Shown: one piece after another, positions 60,343 through 64,000 of the stretch | Layout: every line of letters begins with the position of its first letter | Position numbering within the stretch: the first letter of the stretch is position 1 | Assembly (NCBI GenBank): GCA_035546615.1 | Contig: DASZWM010000006.1 | Coordinates: forward strand, 32,001-96,000 | Reading direction: 5' to 3' | From: Minisyncoccota bacterium | GTDB taxonomy: Bacteria; Patescibacteriota; Minisyncoccia; Phycocordibacterales; SBAW01 | DNA: 64,000 bases | Notes under the pieces: generated by a model | The model's database searches: none | What the model saw: only the letters and a program-made list of their open reading frames with translations | Told to the model about the DNA's origin: nothing | Program-made: the position numbers and the translations under genes

Positions 60343-61883
60343 ATAGAGCTGATTTTCGAATCCGAAGAAGCTTTTACCTTATGGGTAAAGGCTTTTTTCG
60401 GTTCGAAAGTATTTTCATCAAAATCAAGTCTTTCGTATAACTTTCGAACTGGGGTCTTTAGCTCATATTCCACTTTTCCGTCCTTCAGGGTGATGTGCTT
60501 AAAGAGATGCTTCAGGAGCATTCGCTTTTCAGCAGGCGTTCTCTTTGAGTAAATTTCCTTGGCTCTGGTGGCAAGTTCAAGAATGTTAAGTCCAAGTTCA
60601 AAGTATTCAGCCTCTTGGTCTTTCAGGCGGTCTAGCTGTGCAGTAAGCGCCTTCTGTTCTTCCTGAAGCATCTGGTTCTTGCCAGCCCAGAATTCATTCG
60701 AGATATCACCAGAAAGTTTATCGTCATAAAGCCTGTCTATCTTAATCTGCACTGCTTTGTATTGGGCGGTGAGGCTATTGATGACTGATTCCTTGTAAGC
60801 AATTTCCTCCGAATGATTTGCCTTGATGCGTTCACGAATTGCCTCAACATCCTTCTTGCTTAACTTGGCAAAAACATCCATGACGCTGACCAAGCCCGCC
60901 TCGATAACTTCTTCCCGTGTGTACTTCTTCTGTTTGCAGTCTTTGTAGTGATTGCAATGGCAATAAACATGGCCTTTCTGAATCTCGGAAGTAATGCTGC
61001 CACCACACTCACCGCATGAAATCATCTTCGAAAAAAGGAATTCCTTTCGAAGATAGTAAGGTGCTTTCTTTCTGATTCTTATTTCCTGAACTTGGTCATA
61101 AGTTTCTTTCGAGATAAGCGGCTCATGGTCACCCTTCATCAGTTTTCCTTTCCATGTAAACCAACCATAGTTGAAGGTATCACCCAACATTCGTTCAATC
61201 TGGCTCTTATAAAGCTTCTTACCGTAACGAGTACGAACGCCACTATCCCAAGCCATTTGAGCAATCGCCTTCATGGAGTATTGGCCAGTGGCATACGATT
61301 CAAGAAGTTTCTTTACTGCCAAATGTGTGTCAGGGTCTTTGATGAAATGCTTTCTTCCTTTCTCACCAACACTCAAATATCCATACTTAAATGAGCCTGG
61401 GTACATACCCTGTGATGCCTTCTCGCTCAAACCCTTATGCACTTCTTCAGAAAGGTTGTTGGTATAGAACCGAGCAATAGCCACTTTCATATCCCAGACA
61501 AGGTTCTCGTGCGCACGTGTATTCTTGCTTACGATGAAATTCTCTTTGACGAAGTGAACCGTTCGGTCAGGGGAAGACTGTACCCAGTCGTTTACAACAG
61601 CTGCATCTTTTAAGTTGCGAGTAAGACGGTCAATCTTCTCACAAAGAATATTCTCGATATCGTGCTTCTCAACATAAGCAAGCATTTCATAAAAAATGGT
61701 TCTGATTTGTTTACCACTCGCAGATTCAGTAATCCTGAATATCTTCGCCACCTCAAATCCTTTCTTTGAGGCGTATTCTTCAAGCAGCTTCTGCTGCGCA
61801 TCAAGAGAATAACCCGTGTCTTCTTGTTCACGTGACGATACTCGGCAGTAGATTACACATTTAGTCCTCATGTTGGTTGTCAT
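60330..61883 (-). CDS. Large serine recombinase (integrase): resolvase catalytic domain, recombinase domain, zinc ribbon and coiled-coil.
   Basis: Catalytic VIYCRVSSREQ (Ser nucleophile), the ...DRLTRN motif, a Cys cluster CGECGGS...CHCNHYKDC, and a C-terminal coiled-coil. Its 3' end overlaps the tRNA-Asn 3' end. Confidence 0.9.
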   Translation of the reverse strand: MTTNMRTKCVIYCRVSSREQEDTGYSLDAQQKLLEEYASKKGFEVAKIFRITESASGKQIRTIFYEMLAYVEKHDIENILCEKIDRLTRNLKDAAVVNDWVQSSPDRTVHFVKENFIVSKNTRAHENLVWDMKVAIARFYTNNLSEEVHKGLSEKASQGMYPGSFKYGYLSVGEKGRKHFIKDPDTHLAVKKLLESYATGQYSMKAIAQMAWDSGVRTRYGKKLYKSQIERMLGDTFNYGWFTWKGKLMKGDHEPLISKETYDQVQEIRIRKKAPYYLRKEFLFSKMISCGECGGSITSEIQKGHVYCHCNHYKDCKQKKYTREEVIEAGLVSVMDVFAKLSKKDVEAIRERIKANHSEEIAYKESVINSLTAQYKAVQIKIDRLYDDKLSGDISNEFWAGKNQMLQEEQKALTAQLDRLKDQEAEYFELGLNILELATRAKEIYSKRTPAEKRMLLKHLFKHITLKDGKVEYELKTPVRKLYERLDFDENTFEPKKAFTHKVKASSDSKISSMLRG

Positions 61884-62079
61884 TATAACATTTTTGTGTC
61901 TGATTAATTTGCTCTGTTAGCTTTTCTTTCTGCTTATCTTCAAAATCAAACTTAGCTAACAGGTCAAAGAAGCTAGCCAACGTCAGCACTTCGTCCTGTG
62001 ATTCCTCTACCTCATTCTTTTGTAGAGGCAGATTATTCATGGCCTTTCCCAAAGGCAGCGGGTAATCCGCTGCTGGCAT
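61861..62079 (-). CDS. Hypothetical protein, 72 aa, inside the element.
   Basis: ORF only. Confidence 0.3.
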   Translation of the reverse strand: MPAADYPLPLGKAMNNLPLQKNEVEESQDEVLTLASFFDLLAKFDFEDKQKEKLTEQINQTQKCYNDNQHED

Positions 62080-62677
62080 GTACTGCCAAATTATCTGAAG
62101 TATTCTGTGCCGTACTCTCTGAATTATGTTGGCGTATTGGTGCAGTTAGTTCTTCACCAACCGTGCAATTCAATTTGGCGCTTTTGTTCAATTGAGAGAG
62201 CAAGGAAATGACCTTTTCGACATCTATCTTGAAATACCTACGAGGTGGAATCCCTTTTCTTATGACTTCCAAAATCCCTTTCTGTTTGCATATAGCAATA
62301 GCGGTTTCCTGCTCTCGGCGAGAAAGACCAGTTTCCTCATACATTTCCTCGATGGTTTTGTAAGTCCAATTCGGGTCATGTCCTTTGCCATGCCAATAAA
62401 GCAACTGGCCAATAAGAACACCCGCTTTTACAGAGCCAAGCGCCTTCGAAAGACCAGCGTTATAAGCAACTGGCTTTTCGTGCAGTAGTTCATAAACTAC
62501 TCGTTGATATTTGTTCTTAGAATCTTTGGACATTAGGAAAGCCCACTCTTGGCTTGGCAGATTGAGGGAATCTGCAAAGCCAGCAATGGGCTTTGAAATG
62601 CGTCCCTCAACGCAAAACACCAGTACCTTTCGGATACTGGTGTTTGTTAAGGGTGCGTAAACAAAAATAACAAACAA
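62033..62677 (-). CDS. Hypothetical protein with a probable HTH region (element-encoded, possibly replication- or regulation-related).
   Basis: ...GLSRREQETAIAICKQKGILEV... The start is uncertain (probable MSKDSKNKYQ). Confidence 0.35.
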   Translation of the reverse strand: MFVIFVYAPLTNTSIRKVLVFCVEGRISKPIAGFADSLNLPSQEWAFLMSKDSKNKYQRVVYELLHEKPVAYNAGLSKALGSVKAGVLIGQLLYWHGKGHDPNWTYKTIEEMYEETGLSRREQETAIAICKQKGILEVIRKGIPPRRYFKIDVEKVISLLSQLNKSAKLNCTVGEELTAPIRQHNSESTAQNTSDNLAVHASSGLPAAFGKGHE

Positions 62678-63241
62678 GTATCATCGAAAGATGATGCTGT
62701 TTTATTACCTTTGTTCACGCTCACTTATCTTGCTTCTGCCGTTTTAATGATTGTTTTTCTAAGGTCAGGTAATCAGCCTGCCAGCAGTTGCAACGTAATA
62801 TTTAAGCTTAAACATGAATCCCCACTTATTAAATCATTAGGCTACGTACAAGATATGCCTTGAAACCAATCCTACCTCTATTGATGAATGACTTAAACCG
62901 CAGTTGGCTTGCGCCAGATTCGGTGACCAAGTTGTGAATGAACCTACAGATAATGATACAAAATCCGTGGCTTAATACAAGGCTAATTTCAAAAGTTATC
63001 AACAGAACTGTAGAAGCACCCCACTTACATAGCCTCTCTGTCGCTTTCTTGATATTATGTGAACACAACTGAATAAAAAAGTAGCCTAACCCCAGAGCAA
63101 TCTGGGCATGGCGAAAAAGTCCAATCAGACATACAAAACCCGTCATGGGGTTGTCTGATTGGCCGTATCGGGAAACTGGTACGAGAGGGTTCGCCCTCTA
63201 CCCGTGGCGGGTTTTGTGTACCCGTTCGGGAAGCCAATCAA

Positions 63242-63457
63242 ATGCTTCCAGAAATAATCTTTTTAATAATCGGAGGGGTAATCGTACTAGTGGTATTTCT
63301 GCACCACGTTAATTACAACTTCTGGTATCTACTGTTCTTCCCAGCTGTTTTGCTATTTTTCATTATTCCGTTCCCTTTGAATCTCATAATCCTTGCGGTA
63401 GGAGGCTTCTTTGCCGCTTTCGAAATGGGTAAAATGAACAATGACAATGACGAATAA
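63242..63457 (+). CDS. Hypothetical small membrane peptide.
   Basis: Two hydrophobic helices. Confidence 0.3.
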   Translation: MLPEIIFLIIGGVIVLVVFLHHVNYNFWYLLFFPAVLLFFIIPFPLNLIILAVGGFFAAFEMGKMNNDNDE

Positions 63458-63842
63458 AAATATCTATCTTGATGTAGATGGCGTACTTCTGACCAAACAG
63501 GGCGAACCAGCTGAAGGGGTCGTAGACTTCCTGCGGCACATGGTTGAGAACCACACGGTCTACTGGCTCACAACCCACTGTAAGGGCGATTCTGGGGCTG
63601 TAGTGGCTCATCTTGAACGAAAGCTGCCTGCTGAAGCGCACGGCCTTATACGGCAAATTAGGCCTACTACATGGGATGTCCTGAAGACGGACGGGATAGA
63701 CTTCAGCCAAGACTTCCTCTGGTTTGATGATTACCTCATGGAAGCGGAAAAGGCGGTGCTGGAACGACACGGCTGCTTTGAAAAGCAGGTACTTGTAGAC
63801 CTGAAAAATAACCCTCACCAACTATCCCAAAACTGCTTCTAG
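63441..63842 (+). CDS. HAD-like hydrolase (5'(3')-deoxyribonucleotidase-like) encoded on the element.
   Basis: YLDVDGVLL motif I, and a later DD/WFDD motif. Confidence 0.5.
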   Translation: MTMTNKNIYLDVDGVLLTKQGEPAEGVVDFLRHMVENHTVYWLTTHCKGDSGAVVAHLERKLPAEAHGLIRQIRPTTWDVLKTDGIDFSQDFLWFDDYLMEAEKAVLERHGCFEKQVLVDLKNNPHQLSQNCF

Positions 63843-64000
63843 TTCAAAAGCACGTGACCACAACCTATCAAGCTGTTGTCGCTTCTTGGTAGGAACACCA
63901 GCCCATGTTTCCCTGACCGCCTTTTCTTCCAAAGCCTCAATCCTTTCATGTAGGTCAAAGTATTGATTCATACGCCCCTTCTTTCCTCTGATGTTTTTAT

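Larger units (their letters stand above)
60330..64000. mobile_element. AT-rich integrative element (prophage remnant or genomic island) inserted at tRNA-Asn; extends beyond the window.
   Basis: GC drops to roughly 40% immediately past the tRNA. Integrase adjacent to the tRNA, and small hypothetical and HTH/HAD-like genes downstream. Confidence 0.6.

Noticed and set aside
63170-63200. tRNA-like T-arm (GAGGGTTCGCCCTC) in the mobile element.
   Set aside because: The loop is only 4 nt (TTCG) and no acceptor, D or anticodon arms can be built. It is treated as a generic hairpin within a candidate sRNA.

Overview
This is a high-GC (~60-63%) bacterial chromosome segment, dense with housekeeping genes, with a few low-GC islands and a mobile element at its 3' end. 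Small-genome features such as fused genes, leaderless-looking starts and type IV pilin are compatible with a Patescibacteria/CPR-like or other streamlined lineage, but lineage is not provable from sequence alone. Core genes I could recognise by translating the six-frame ORFs myself: dnaE (5' part, runs off the window), rnhB, rpmF, a NusB-NUDIX fusion, rnc, a short SMC, RNase R, rpsP, a KH-domain protein, trmD, a fused rpoB-rpoC (2325 aa), dnaG-rpoD, hisS, truB, nrdA/nrdB, DsbA, uppP, DedA, cspA, a type IV pilin, a VanY carboxypeptidase, two two-component systems, and SET- and SWIB-domain proteins. Non-core content, in window order: (i) a low-GC HD-domain gene sitting where rimM would normally be in the rpsP-KH-rimM-trmD operon; (ii) a low-GC cassette encoding a CphA-like ATP-grasp ligase (N+G domains only, no Mur-ligase M domain) plus a downstream small protein with an acidic C-terminus, next to a divergent PD-(D/E)XK nuclease; (iii) a REP/RAYT locus: an IS200-like Y1 (HuH) transposase surrounded by three copies of a 25-bp hairpin ATTCTGGACTT-CGT-AAGTCCAGAAT, with a fourth copy lying in frame inside trmD; (iv) a 1332-aa repeat-rich secreted protein and an adjacent 296-aa paralog sharing a ~110-aa C-terminal peptidoglycan-binding-like domain; (v) a mannoside-utilisation cluster of three GH130 domains on two genes, a cupin related to mannose-6-phosphate isomerase, and a eukaryotic-type phosphomannomutase-like HAD; (vi) an AT-rich integrative element with a large serine recombinase abutting tRNA-Asn, running to the window end. 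Recurrent sequence signals: the 9-mer TAGGGTATA, five times in one orientation in intergenic DNA; extended -10 boxes (TGgTATAGT type) 6-12 nt before start codons that lack a Shine-Dalgarno; two near-identical TTGACT-17-TATAAT promoters; and a TGTATCG...CGATACA inverted repeat at two sites. No CRISPR array and no rRNA were seen.
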